DNA from: Clostridia bacterium
Lineage (GTDB): Bacteria; Bacillota; Clostridia; RGIG6154
DNA: 64,000 bases
Assembly: GCA_045589295.1 (NCBI GenBank)
Contig: JAZNOU010000012.1
Coordinates: 165,353-229,352, forward strand
Direction: 5' to 3'
Below, one piece after another: positions 17,401-26,459 of this stretch. Positions within the stretch are counted from its first letter, which is position 1. Every line of letters begins with the position of its first letter. Position numbers and translations under genes: made by a program. The notes below the pieces were generated by a model that was given only the letters and a program-made list of their open reading frames with translations, was not told where the DNA came from and did no database searches.

Positions 17401-20400
17401 ACATTCAGAGAGGGTGCAAAAATAGGAACGTACACAGTTGATCCTGCTGTTGAAAACACAGTTCCGTATTCTGCATTCCCTTACGACAAACTTGTTGAAC
17501 GTTATAAGACAGGTTACTTTGAAGATGAATCTGTATCTTCTGTATACGCAGGTAATGAGTATAAACACACATTTGAAGGACAGTGGTACTACACAGATGA
17601 AAACGGCAACGATGTCGTATTTACAGACGAAACAATTGTAGACCGCGATCTTACAGTAAGATATAAATTCAGATATGTGAGACTGGAACTTTTTGTTGAG
17701 AAATTAGGTCATAACCTTGTACTTGAGGTGCCTTTTGAAGAAAGTACAAGAATTATCGACACAATTAAAGATGAATTGTTTGTAAATCAGGAAAAAATAC
17801 TTTTGGTTGCAGATGAAGTTGATGCAAGAAGCAAGTTTATGGCGTTGAACCTTAAGTTGGTTAACTTCCTTGACAGTAAGGGAATTGAAATAGTTGAACC
17901 TGGTATGATTTTCGCCGAAGATGGCGAAATCTTAAAGCAACATATCAGATTTAATGCATTTGCATATCTTGATGAAGCAAGTGTTAAGACTGTTGTTGTA
18001 AACGCAATCAGAACAACATTCAAAAATGATCCTTTAAGAATGCGTGGCGTTATCGATGAAATGATGACAGAACAGGATGAAGACGTTGTTAACCTTATGG
18101 ATACAATGCTTGTATCTATGCTTTCAGGTTCAGATGCTGCAAGAATCAAGGGTATTATTGCAGATGCGGTGGAAGATGCGGTTGCAAATGATACAACCGG
18201 TGAGTTCAAAAACAAAATTAAAGACATCATAACAACACAGCTTGATGCAGGTAATACAACAGTTGAAACAAGCATTAAAAAGGCAATTAAAGATTACTTT
18301 ATGAACAGCGCAAATGATGCTAAAATCAGAGAAATCGTTTCAGACCTTATTGATGATGCTTATAAAACTGATGATGAAACCGATCCGGTAAGGAATTTCG
18401 TGAAGAGTTACATAAAGACATATCTTAACGAAAACCCAACAGTTTTAGATGATATGATCAGAGAAATGGGCGAAAATTTAGATCCTAATGATCCTAACGA
18501 TGCGCACATTATTGATCTTATTCATGAAGTTTTAGACGAAAATGTAATATATCTTGAAAAACTTGTTGATGATGCTATCAAGAACCTTAAAAACACAATA
18601 GGCGAACCAATACACAGCTTTATCGTTGATGCCATCACAACAGAGCTTTCAACTAATGCTGCTGAGCTTGATATTTTGATTGATGAAATCTCAAATGCAA
18701 ACGTAACTGATATTAAGTCGGTGCTTGCAACAGTTATGGAAGATAACGATACATTTGAAATTATTGTTAAAGATGCAATTGCCGATGAAGCGGTATTTAA
18801 TAAGGTTATCAAAGCTGCTCTTGACAACGCAAGTGTATTTGATGCAATCGTAAGCGAACTTTGCAGCGGCGATACGAGCTTCTATAATATGCTTGTAGAC
18901 ATTGCACTTTCGTCAGATTCACTTAAGGGCGAGGTTAAAAATGCAGTTGTTAATAATGATGATGCACTTATAAGCGTACTTAATGAAGTGGCATCTGATG
19001 CTTCACTTAAAGCTGAAATGGTTGAAGAAATTTTAGTTGCTTCTGATGCTAAGCTTAAAGATCAGCTTACAAGCCCGCTTTCTATAACATCGGATTATTA
19101 TGCAGACGTTAAAGCTCAGGCACTCAGTCAGGCTGAAACTGAAATAATAGGCATAATCGAAACAGGTATCAATGAAGATGAACACCCAGATTACTGGCCG
19201 ATTGCTTTTGAAAAGGCTATGGAAATAGCAGAAGCAAGAGTTAGACAGGATCTTATTGCTGGCAGTGTTGATCCTAACGGTTCACTTTGGGATACAATGT
19301 ATGCAGAGGCAATGGCTCAAGCAGCAATTGATGTCAAAGCAGAGCTTAACGGAGGTATTACTGATGCTTCAGAATACTACGCAGCTGCTGTAAATGGTGC
19401 TAAAGAGCAGGCAGAAAAAGAAATTACAGACTTACTTTCAACAGGTATTACTGAGGGTAGCAAGTACTGGGATGTTGCATATAGTACTGCAAAAGGAATT
19501 CTTAGAACCGAAATTGACACATCATTCGATTCAAAGATTGTAGAAATCAAGACAGATGCTAATCTTAAAGCACAGGTGGTAGCTTGGGCACAGACAGCGA
19601 TTAATAACACTAATATAGAAAGTGCTATTAAGAACTATGCTAAAGGCTTGGCTACAAGCACAGACTCTGCGGATGTTAGCCTTAGAACATCAATTATTGA
19701 CACTGTAATCAATACAGCAGATAGCTTAGAACCAGGTAAAAAAGAGACATTGGTTAGTGATATTATCACAGAGCTTTTGAAACCTGCAAATGCAACAGTT
19801 AAAGAGACTGTTGAAAACAAGGCTATTGAAGTATTAAACAGAGCTGAAAACAATGCACTTAAAACTACGCTTATCGATAGTGTGCTTGAAGATATCTTTG
19901 CTGACAACACACTTAAAGGCGATTTGATTGCAAGACTTAAGACTAAGGTTAAGGACCCTGCACAGGAAGCATTTAAGTTAACTGTTATTAGCGAAGCTAT
20001 CAATGCAGTTGTTAATGATAGCTCAGTTAATGCAAGGGCAGTTATAATAATAAATGACCTGATTGAAACAGATACTGCATTTAAGGCAGACATTATAGAG
20101 CACATCGTCGACTATATCTTAGAAGATGCTACTGTTAGAGCTGAAGCTATGGAAAAGGTTGTCGAAATGATTGAAGATCCGGAAGATGACAGCCATAAGC
20201 AGGAAGCAATCGACTTTGCGTTTGACACCCTTAAGGGCGACACAACGAAACGTGCAGAAATTGTGGATAAGTTCTTAACAAACATCTTAGGTAATAATGA
20301 CAAGAGAGAAGATATGGCAACAGAAGTTATCGACATTATGTTCTCTAACGATACCTTAAGAAATAGGATTTTAGATCTTGGGTTCGAACAGATGTTCGCA

Positions 20401-21714
20401 GGTGAAGATACAATTGCAGAAATTGTTTCACTTGCACTCGACGAACTCATTAGTGACGATACCGTAAGACGTGATATGATTATTGCAGTAATCAGCACTG
20501 AAAGCGGAAGAAGAAAGATTTTAGACATTCTCTTTGATGAACTTGAAAGGGATCCTGAGTTCATTGACGAAATAGTTGACATCGCAATGAACGGCAAGTA
20601 TGGCGATTTGGTTGATATATTTGTATCCGACCTTATTTACAACGGAAAGATTCAGATTAATCCAGACAACAGACAAATCGCAGAAGAAATCGTTCTTCCA
20701 ATGTTAGACGACATTTCTCTTGATACTGTTTTAGGCAAATTGCCCGCAAAAGTTACAGATGTTTTACCAACATCTGTAATCGAAAAGGCGTTTAACAAGT
20801 TTAAGTCAAAAGCAAGAGAACTTTTGGTTGAAGGTATAAATGAAGCTAAAGAAGGCAACTGGAAAGACATTTCAGTTATGGTGGACAACGAGCTTGATAT
20901 AATTAATGAAGTTTTAGTTCCGCTTTATAATAAAGTATTCCCGAAAGTTGTTGACAAAGCTGAGGACTTCTACTACTACAACGAAAATGTTTACTTAAAA
21001 GCAATAGTTGACATGATTGACCCTGAGTTCTTGCTTGATAACACAAAACCGGCATCAATTGGTGGAACAGGATACAGATTAAGAACAACAGAAGAATATT
21101 ATGAAATTATCAGAAATATCTCTGTTTTAGTTGATGATGCAGCAAACTGGTATATGGAAAACATTTCTGATGACCAGATTAACGGTGCTATTGACAAAGT
21201 TGCAGGAAAAGTTAATACTTTACTTGCAAAGGTTAATGGACTTGTGGGCGGAAGAATACCAATGTCTAAGATTGACAAAGTGGTTGAATACACCAAGAAG
21301 GCTCTTGATAAGAGAGAAAGCGTTTATAATATTACAACAAATGGTGTATTTGAAAAGGTTGACAAGGTTTATAACAAGCTTATTGAAATTGTTAAAAACA
21401 AAACCGGTGTTGATATTACTAAGTCTACTACGATAGAAGTTACTTTTGACGGAAGTGAAATCGACGTAAACGGTAAGGATGTCAACATTGACAATCGTAA
21501 GATAAGCATCAGTGTTAAAGGTTACAAATTTGAACTTGATTCAGAATCAATCACAGCACTTAACAAAACTGTTAATATTGACAGATTTGTTCAAAAAGCT
21601 GCCGATTTATTCGGAACAAGAAGTGTAACATTTAAAATTATAAATGATGCTCCGTACAGCTACGGTGCTTATGTGGGCAATAACTACATAAAGTTAGCTG
21701 CTGAGTACAAATAA
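14488..21714 (+). CDS. giant (2408 aa) SLH-anchored surface protein with Listeria-Bacteroides-type repeat modules and long acidic helical C-terminal region
   Basis: A signal peptide and three SLH repeats are followed by a Gly6 linker. At least six Y-x-V-x-F...GWY/W repeat modules come next, and then an about 1,300-aa D/E-rich low-complexity region. Confidence 0.85.
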   Translation: MREDMRKRVKSLIGMIIAMTMILPTALPVTTPVSAQNSYGFNDFPTGWSAPAMSHAVENGLIYGKSEDRICPTDNLTRAEMATIINRAFGATVEKDISAFSDVAQSAWYYNEIKKAYNMQTLYGDAGGTMRPDAFIIREEAIAIVARAMVLSGYSASNLDKFNDKDQIADWAVDPLASMVANGYVNGDEKSNMNPKAFITREEFAQLLHNIVKHYYDAEDGVTTFNGNVMINEPTTSLSDLVVNGDLILGDGVGTSNIVLKNVKVTGRILIRGATHISFKNSNFGGGVTVKNVNDVVHFDHFSDEVHFNDMQDHTEVTFKKKTTGGGGGGTPPAPTTASYKVEHYQEALDGSFAVFETETLSGSIGASVTAVAKTYTGFSEDTVNPSRVATGTVVSDGSLTLKLFYTRNSYTVTFDARGGAISGTPKTVYKFGETLELPVPTKGTDTFGGWWTALNGTGTKIENTSVLGTDITSAAITVYAHWIPAAPTPTATTFTVKHLFEKLDGTYETKAERGDELNVAGDITVSIVPENYRNPIAGFNYFDYSFDGTDNAGMPKADGSTVLNIRYNRKSYDIVYNYGEAGGSNTVSFRYGESVDLSIPTVTPPVGKYFAGWYDALVGGTQVTFLETPVGGTTIYARWAEDVGVYTVEFYQQNLDGTYTQVTADTLSGLTGVVGTDVSVDKNSTTIKDKYIGFEVNETESTLTQRLAKTGTVLKVYYDRKIYTIDYDFDGGYADGTYTDTFMYGQTVALAKGKNSNGKVLGGWFTDLDGNGTQVTDTANIDAILGALTGNTITLYAYWVEEIGEYSVEFYQETLDGADYTLVAADTIVGLTGTVGEKVAIDATIDEVKNKYSGFTVNVAKSELSKTLAKEGTVLKVYYDRNIYTLYYNYSDADTVGIGSATFKHGQNITFPDESTFNKESFSFAGWYTTQDFKDDEVVDTGNTIEQIIDIANGETETTIYAKWAKFFTVTFREGAKIGTYTVDPAVENTVPYSAFPYDKLVERYKTGYFEDESVSSVYAGNEYKHTFEGQWYYTDENGNDVVFTDETIVDRDLTVRYKFRYVRLELFVEKLGHNLVLEVPFEESTRIIDTIKDELFVNQEKILLVADEVDARSKFMALNLKLVNFLDSKGIEIVEPGMIFAEDGEILKQHIRFNAFAYLDEASVKTVVVNAIRTTFKNDPLRMRGVIDEMMTEQDEDVVNLMDTMLVSMLSGSDAARIKGIIADAVEDAVANDTTGEFKNKIKDIITTQLDAGNTTVETSIKKAIKDYFMNSANDAKIREIVSDLIDDAYKTDDETDPVRNFVKSYIKTYLNENPTVLDDMIREMGENLDPNDPNDAHIIDLIHEVLDENVIYLEKLVDDAIKNLKNTIGEPIHSFIVDAITTELSTNAAELDILIDEISNANVTDIKSVLATVMEDNDTFEIIVKDAIADEAVFNKVIKAALDNASVFDAIVSELCSGDTSFYNMLVDIALSSDSLKGEVKNAVVNNDDALISVLNEVASDASLKAEMVEEILVASDAKLKDQLTSPLSITSDYYADVKAQALSQAETEIIGIIETGINEDEHPDYWPIAFEKAMEIAEARVRQDLIAGSVDPNGSLWDTMYAEAMAQAAIDVKAELNGGITDASEYYAAAVNGAKEQAEKEITDLLSTGITEGSKYWDVAYSTAKGILRTEIDTSFDSKIVEIKTDANLKAQVVAWAQTAINNTNIESAIKNYAKGLATSTDSADVSLRTSIIDTVINTADSLEPGKKETLVSDIITELLKPANATVKETVENKAIEVLNRAENNALKTTLIDSVLEDIFADNTLKGDLIARLKTKVKDPAQEAFKLTVISEAINAVVNDSSVNARAVIIINDLIETDTAFKADIIEHIVDYILEDATVRAEAMEKVVEMIEDPEDDSHKQEAIDFAFDTLKGDTTKRAEIVDKFLTNILGNNDKREDMATEVIDIMFSNDTLRNRILDLGFEQMFAGEDTIAEIVSLALDELISDDTVRRDMIIAVISTESGRRKILDILFDELERDPEFIDEIVDIAMNGKYGDLVDIFVSDLIYNGKIQINPDNRQIAEEIVLPMLDDISLDTVLGKLPAKVTDVLPTSVIEKAFNKFKSKARELLVEGINEAKEGNWKDISVMVDNELDIINEVLVPLYNKVFPKVVDKAEDFYYYNENVYLKAIVDMIDPEFLLDNTKPASIGGTGYRLRTTEEYYEIIRNISVLVDDAANWYMENISDDQINGAIDKVAGKVNTLLAKVNGLVGGRIPMSKIDKVVEYTKKALDKRESVYNITTNGVFEKVDKVYNKLIEIVKNKTGVDITKSTTIEVTFDGSEIDVNGKDVNIDNRKISISVKGYKFELDSESITALNKTVNIDRFVQKAADLFGTRSVTFKIINDAPYSYGAYVGNNYIKLAAEYK

Positions 21715-21721
21715 TTAATGG

Positions 21722-21756
21722 TCAGCGGGTAAACAGTATAAGTTTACCCGCTTGAT
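21722..21756 (+). terminator. putative intrinsic terminator
   Basis: A GCGGGTAAAC...GTTTACCCGC 10-bp stem lies directly after the giant ORF stop. The T-tract is weak. Confidence 0.45.
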
Positions 21757-21779
21757 TAAAAAAGAGAGGATGATACATT

Positions 21780-23345
21780 TTGAAAAAAGCATTATGTCTT
21801 GTTTTAGCTTTAATGTTATGTCTTCCATCTGTGGTTGCTTTTGCAGACATAGAAGGAACTGTACAGGGCGATATAATGCTCACTTCAACAGAGGGCGAAG
21901 CTTTGCCTGAGGATAAAGAAACTGCAACTGAAACATCAGATGCGCTTAAGTTCAGCGATATTATTGCAGATTCGGTTCTTGGTGAGGCTGTATACAAGCT
22001 TGTTGATGCAAAGGTGATATCGGGGTATCCTGATGGCACATTCAGACCTGATTCAGGGGTGACTCGTGCCGAACTTTGTAAAATGATAAATCTGGTTTAT
22101 GATTTAGATGTAAAAGCGACAAGTATGTCTTTTAAAGATGTAACAGAAGAAGACTGGTATTATGATTACGTTTTGGTTGCGGTCCAGGCGGGATATATTA
22201 AAGGCTTTACAGATAACACATTCAGAGGGGACGACCCTGTTACAAGAGAACAGGCGTGTGCTATTATAAACAGAGTAACAACAGCAAAAGGTGCAAGTCT
22301 TTTTGACTTACCTTTTACAGATAACATAACAGATGCTGTGTCAGATTGGGCATTGGAAGATGTTAAAAAAATTATTGCAAACTATGTAATGCCTTTGGAA
22401 GCAGGCGGTAAATTCCGTGCAACAGAGGATATTACAAGAGGCGAGCTTGCGCTTGCATTAGAAGGTTTTGTTGTTATAGTTCCTGAATATACAGTAACTT
22501 TTGAAACAAATGGAGGAAGTGAGATTGCTTCTGTTGTGGTTAAAGAGGGTAAAACAGTTGCAAAACCTGAAGATCCGAAAAAAGATAACTATACTTTCAA
22601 TGGTTGGTATACAGACAGTAAGCTTAAAACTGCTTATGATTTTGAAAAAACGGTTTCAGATAACATTACACTTTATGCAAAATGGCAGGCAAAAGTAACA
22701 GGCGGTGGCGGTGGAGGAGTTTATATTCCGCCTTCAGGTGGTACACCTTCATCGTACACAGTAACCTTTAATTCAAAAGGCGGCAGTGCAGTTGACAGCG
22801 TAACGGTTACATCGGGCGCAACAATTTCAGCACCTGCAGAGCCTACAAAAGAAATGAAAGTGTTTACAGGCTGGTATACAGACTCTGCTTGCACAAATCT
22901 TTTTGATTTTACAACTCCAATAACAGGCAATATTACGCTTTATGCGGGTTGGGAAGATGACCATGCGGCTATGAATGGTCAAAAAATATCCGACCTTACA
23001 ATATTTAAAGAGGCGTTGGTTGCTACTACATTTGACATTCAGCCTCATACAGACATGGCAAGCATAATTGTTTCCACGTTTGAAAGTGTGATTTCTGATG
23101 GTGAGTCCGGAATAATTCTTACAAATGACTATATTAAAACAACGTACGAAGCAAATATGCTCCAGATAAAAGATATTTGGGAGAATCAGCTGTTTGTAGA
23201 TACATTCTCAGACGAGCAACAGGATTTTAAAGATAAAATAGCGCTTGTTTTAACAGATGCACAAGCAAACGGCTATTCAATGTCACTTTCAGAAACTTAT
23301 GTATTGTTCAGAACAATAATAGGTGATTTTATAAATTGGGAATAA
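21780..23345 (+). CDS. SLH-domain surface protein with Flg_new (Listeria-Bacteroides) repeats
   Basis: It has a signal peptide, SLH repeats, two YTVTF...GWYTD repeat modules and Gly-rich linkers, making it a paralogue of the giant protein's N-terminal architecture. Confidence 0.8.
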   Translation: MKKALCLVLALMLCLPSVVAFADIEGTVQGDIMLTSTEGEALPEDKETATETSDALKFSDIIADSVLGEAVYKLVDAKVISGYPDGTFRPDSGVTRAELCKMINLVYDLDVKATSMSFKDVTEEDWYYDYVLVAVQAGYIKGFTDNTFRGDDPVTREQACAIINRVTTAKGASLFDLPFTDNITDAVSDWALEDVKKIIANYVMPLEAGGKFRATEDITRGELALALEGFVVIVPEYTVTFETNGGSEIASVVVKEGKTVAKPEDPKKDNYTFNGWYTDSKLKTAYDFEKTVSDNITLYAKWQAKVTGGGGGGVYIPPSGGTPSSYTVTFNSKGGSAVDSVTVTSGATISAPAEPTKEMKVFTGWYTDSACTNLFDFTTPITGNITLYAGWEDDHAAMNGQKISDLTIFKEALVATTFDIQPHTDMASIIVSTFESVISDGESGIILTNDYIKTTYEANMLQIKDIWENQLFVDTFSDEQQDFKDKIALVLTDAQANGYSMSLSETYVLFRTIIGDFINWE

Positions 23346-23352
23346 GTTGTTA

Positions 23353-23385
23353 AAAGGTGAAAGTTTTATCTTTCGCCTTTTTTAT
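23353..23385 (+). terminator. intrinsic terminator
   Basis: An 11-bp stem (AAAGGTGAAAG / CTTTCGCCTTT with one G-U wobble) is followed by a T-run. Confidence 0.5.
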
Positions 23386-23467
23386 GTACTAAAATACTAT
23401 TGACTTTATTTGCTAAATATTATATAATATTTATACATGTGGACAAAGTTTTAAGGAGGAAAAAAGC

Positions 23468-24769
23468 ATGGGAAAAAGTTTTGCAAAGCTTTTGGTTGCA
23501 GTACTCTTGATTGCAGTTATTATTTATCTTGCATTCTTTGATGTTACAATCGGAAGTTTCAAAAAACCGGGCGTTTTCAGTGATGAAAGTGGTGTTGGCT
23601 CGGTTATTAAAGGTTTGGATTTAACAGGTGGTTCTGTTCTTACATTTGAGGCACAGGCAGACTCTGTTACAACAGAACAAATGTCAACTGTTATCAATAT
23701 TATGAGAACACGTCTTGACAGCCTTGGTTATACAGAGGCTACAGTTAGAAGTCAGGGCGACAAGAAATTTGTTGTTGAAATGCCGGCTATTACAAATCCG
23801 GATCAGGCAGAAGCTCTCTTAGGAAGAACAGCGCAGCTTAGATTTGTTGATGCTGATGGAAATGAAGTTTTGAGCGGAACAGATGTTAAAAAAGCTGTAA
23901 AATCATATGGACAGCTTTCACAGACAGCTGCTGCTGAAAACTATGTTGAACTTCAGCTTAATGATGAGGCTATTGCAAAGTTTGCTGCAGCAACAAAAGC
24001 AGCGGCTAACGCACAGCCTGATGAAAACGGAAATGCTAAAAACTTTATAGCTATTATGCTTGATGAGGAAGTAGTTTCTGCTCCTTCAGTTAGTGCTGAA
24101 TATGCAGCAGAAGGTATTAATTCAGATACTGCTATTATTTCAGGTGGTTTCACTGCGCAAGGCGCAGAAGAGCTTGCAAGCATCATTAATGCAGGTCAGC
24201 TCCCGTTTGCCTTAAAGACAGTTTCTAAGTCATCTGTTGGTGCAACACTTGGTGAAAGAGCTTTAGAATCAAGCCTTTTTGGTGCATTAATCGGTCTTAT
24301 CATCATTTTGGCGTTTATGCTCATTATCTATAGAGCAATGGGATTAGCTGCTGATATTGCGCTTGCTTGCTACATCGGTATCTTAATGCTTATCATGGGA
24401 CTTTTAAGAGTTAACTTAACACTTCCTGGTATTGCAGGTATCATTCTTTCGATCGGTATGGCAGTTGATGCTAATGTTATCATCTTTGAAAGAGTTAAAG
24501 AAGAATTAAAATCAGGCAAAACAACAAAGGCTGCGGTTGCAGCAGGTTTTAAAAGAGCGTTTGCCGCAATCGTTGACTCAAACATTACAACTCTTATCGC
24601 TGCAGTTGTACTTTATGTAGTTGGCGCGGGTCTTATCAAAGGTTTTGCTATCACATTGGGATTAGGTATTATTGTAAGTATGTTTACTGCAATTTTTGTA
24701 ACTAAGTTCTTGCTTAAACAGGTTGTTGAGCTTTTTGGCAAGAATCCTAAGTTGTACTGCGGAAGATAA
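23468..24769 (+). CDS. secD: protein translocase subunit SecD
   Basis: The 433-aa product has an N-terminal TM, a periplasmic domain and a C-terminal six-TM SecD/RND-like domain. It is followed by secF. Confidence 0.85.
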   Translation: MGKSFAKLLVAVLLIAVIIYLAFFDVTIGSFKKPGVFSDESGVGSVIKGLDLTGGSVLTFEAQADSVTTEQMSTVINIMRTRLDSLGYTEATVRSQGDKKFVVEMPAITNPDQAEALLGRTAQLRFVDADGNEVLSGTDVKKAVKSYGQLSQTAAAENYVELQLNDEAIAKFAAATKAAANAQPDENGNAKNFIAIMLDEEVVSAPSVSAEYAAEGINSDTAIISGGFTAQGAEELASIINAGQLPFALKTVSKSSVGATLGERALESSLFGALIGLIIILAFMLIIYRAMGLAADIALACYIGILMLIMGLLRVNLTLPGIAGIILSIGMAVDANVIIFERVKEELKSGKTTKAAVAAGFKRAFAAIVDSNITTLIAAVVLYVVGAGLIKGFAITLGLGIIVSMFTAIFVTKFLLKQVVELFGKNPKLYCGR

Positions 24770-24782
24770 GGGGGGCTGAAAA

Positions 24783-25670
24783 ATGTTTAATATTGTAAAA
24801 AATAAAAAGATTTTCTATATCGTTTCAGCAGTTATTATCCTCGCAGGTATTGTTTCAATGCTTACACAGGGCTTTAAAATGGACATTGATTTTGCTGGCG
24901 GTATTGAATGTACAGTAAATGTAGGCGCTGAAGTAGACAGTGCTAAATTAAGTGAAATTGCAAGTATTGTAAAAGAAGCAACAGGTTCTAATGCAACTGT
25001 TATTAAAACAGGTGTAAATGGTACAGAAGCACTCATTAAAATTTCTGATGAGCTTACAACAGAAAAAGAACTTTCTATGAAAGCTGCACTTAAAGAAAAG
25101 CTTGGCATCGAGGATAATGCAATTACAAACTTTGAGGTTGTTTCACCTACAGTAGGAAAAGAAATGCAGACTTCTGCTTTGTTGGCGGTTATTATCGCAG
25201 TAGCTTTGATGCTTGTTTACATTTCTGTAAGATTTGAATTTTTGTCAGGTTGTGCTGCAGTATGTGCACTTATCCATGACGTTTTGATTATGCTTTCATT
25301 CTACTCAATTTTTGGAATTGCAATCAATACAACATTTATTGCTGCAATTCTTACAATTTTGGGTTACTCAATCAACGCAACTATCGTTCTTTTCGACAGA
25401 GTAAGAGAAAATCAGAAACTTACAAGAAAAGAAACATTTTCAAACATCGTAAATACAAGTGTGTGGCAGACAATGTTTCGTTCATTAAATACTTCAATCA
25501 CAACACTTGCAACAATTATTGTATTGTTCTTTGTTGGTGTTGATTCAATCAAAGAATTTGCACTTCCTATTACAGTTGGCGTTGTTGCAGGCTTTTACTC
25601 ATCAGTATTCCTTTCAGGTAACATCTGGGTTGAGTTTAAAAAACTTGCTAAGCACAAAAATGTTGCATAA
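24783..25670 (+). CDS. secF: protein translocase subunit SecF
   Basis: The 295-aa product has the SecF topology and conserved C-terminal TM bundle. Confidence 0.85.
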   Translation: MFNIVKNKKIFYIVSAVIILAGIVSMLTQGFKMDIDFAGGIECTVNVGAEVDSAKLSEIASIVKEATGSNATVIKTGVNGTEALIKISDELTTEKELSMKAALKEKLGIEDNAITNFEVVSPTVGKEMQTSALLAVIIAVALMLVYISVRFEFLSGCAAVCALIHDVLIMLSFYSIFGIAINTTFIAAILTILGYSINATIVLFDRVRENQKLTRKETFSNIVNTSVWQTMFRSLNTSITTLATIIVLFFVGVDSIKEFALPITVGVVAGFYSSVFLSGNIWVEFKKLAKHKNVA

Positions 25671-25689
25671 AATATTAGTTTAAATTATA

Positions 25690-25730
25690 GCTTCCCGACT
25701 TAAATAGTCGGGAAGCTTTGTTATATATTT
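25690..25730 (+). terminator. intrinsic terminator after secF
   Basis: The hairpin GCTTCCCGACT-TAAAT-AGTCGGGAAGC is followed by a T-rich tract. Confidence 0.55.
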
Positions 25731-25780
25731 TTTGTTTTTGCACGGTTTGGGTCAATAATGTATAAATATTCATAAATCAG

Positions 25781-25809
25781 TTTACTTTTTTGAATAATTG
25801 TGGTATACT
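25781..25809 (+). promoter_or_regulatory. promoter TTTACT-17-TGgTATACT (extended -10) for the GC-rich RNA
   Basis: The -35 element is at 25781-25786 and the extended -10 (TGGTATACT) at 25801-25809. Confidence 0.45.
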
Positions 25810-25814
25810 ATTGT

Positions 25815-26445
25815 TGTAAAATTGGGTGGTGCAGTATTCTAGTCAGATTTTTTCATTCCCAGGACGGGCCTAAAAATCCGTTGAAGGGCACATCGATGAA
25901 GTTTCTGGTGCGGGCTTTCGACGCCCAGTCGAGGGTTTGTGCTGGGAGTTAAGGATTAAGGGCGGTCGGCAATGGCATGCAGAATTCGACCCTTCTTCCG
26001 TGGAGACCTATACTTGTGCCGTATTGGCCGACTAGTCTGTGAAGACTCGGCTGAAAAGGTACGACTTAGGATTAAACCTGCGTTGCGGTCTTTTTTGGCT
26101 GTGCGCAGAGTAGCCTGCCTTGAGCGGTTGTGGTGGATTGCAAGATCAGGTTTTGTCTGGTTGGCCGACCGGACAAAACTATTGCTTCATGAAACCACAT
26201 TTGCAAAAGAGGCTAAGATTGATTAAATCTGTCGAGGAAATCTCCTAGACTGTTGGAAACAGATACGCAAAGGATTGAAGTGCGGACTAAGTGGCAATCG
26301 GGTACAAAGTTGAGCGATCGCTTTGGTCTTCTTTTAAAGGGAAACCGCTTACATCGGCGACGAGTGAGCAAGAAGGCGGGAAAGCCAACCCGACCTAAGC
26401 CGTAAATTTTACTTTGTGTATTACCCCTTAAATTTACATTTATTT
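25815..26445 (+). ncRNA. OLE (ornate large extremophilic) RNA candidate
   Basis: This is an about 600-nt GC-rich (about 50% against about 33% background) ORF-poor island with its own promoter. It sits immediately upstream of a 4-TM 21-kDa protein gene and dxs-tlyA-nadK-argR-recN, which is the published OLE/oapA synteny. Confidence 0.6.
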
Positions 26446-26459
26446 GGGAGAAATGATAA

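Noticed and set aside
17787-20597. Several long minus-strand ORFs (Ser/Ile/Ala-rich; 17787..18275, 19635..20105, 20112..20597 and others) inside the giant gene
   Set aside because: They are shadow ORFs created by the repetitive GAT/GAA-rich coding strand and lie entirely antisense within a well-supported 2408-aa ORF. They have no RBS.
25972-26226. 84-aa ORF (MACRIRPFFRGDLYLCRIG...) and the antisense 97-aa ORF at 26213..26506 inside the GC-rich island
   Set aside because: Neither has an RBS or a plausible start context. Their composition is Arg/Cys/Trp-rich as expected from GC-rich non-coding RNA. The region is better explained as a structured ncRNA (the OLE candidate).
25815-26445. Alternative identities for the GC-rich RNA: RNase P RNA, tmRNA, SRP RNA, group II intron
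   Set aside because: No AGGAAAGTCC (P4) or ACAGAAA RNase P boxes are present. There is no tRNA-like 3' end or tag-peptide reading frame for tmRNA. At about 600 nt the region is too long for SRP RNA. There is no intron-encoded RT ORF. The OLE context fits far better.
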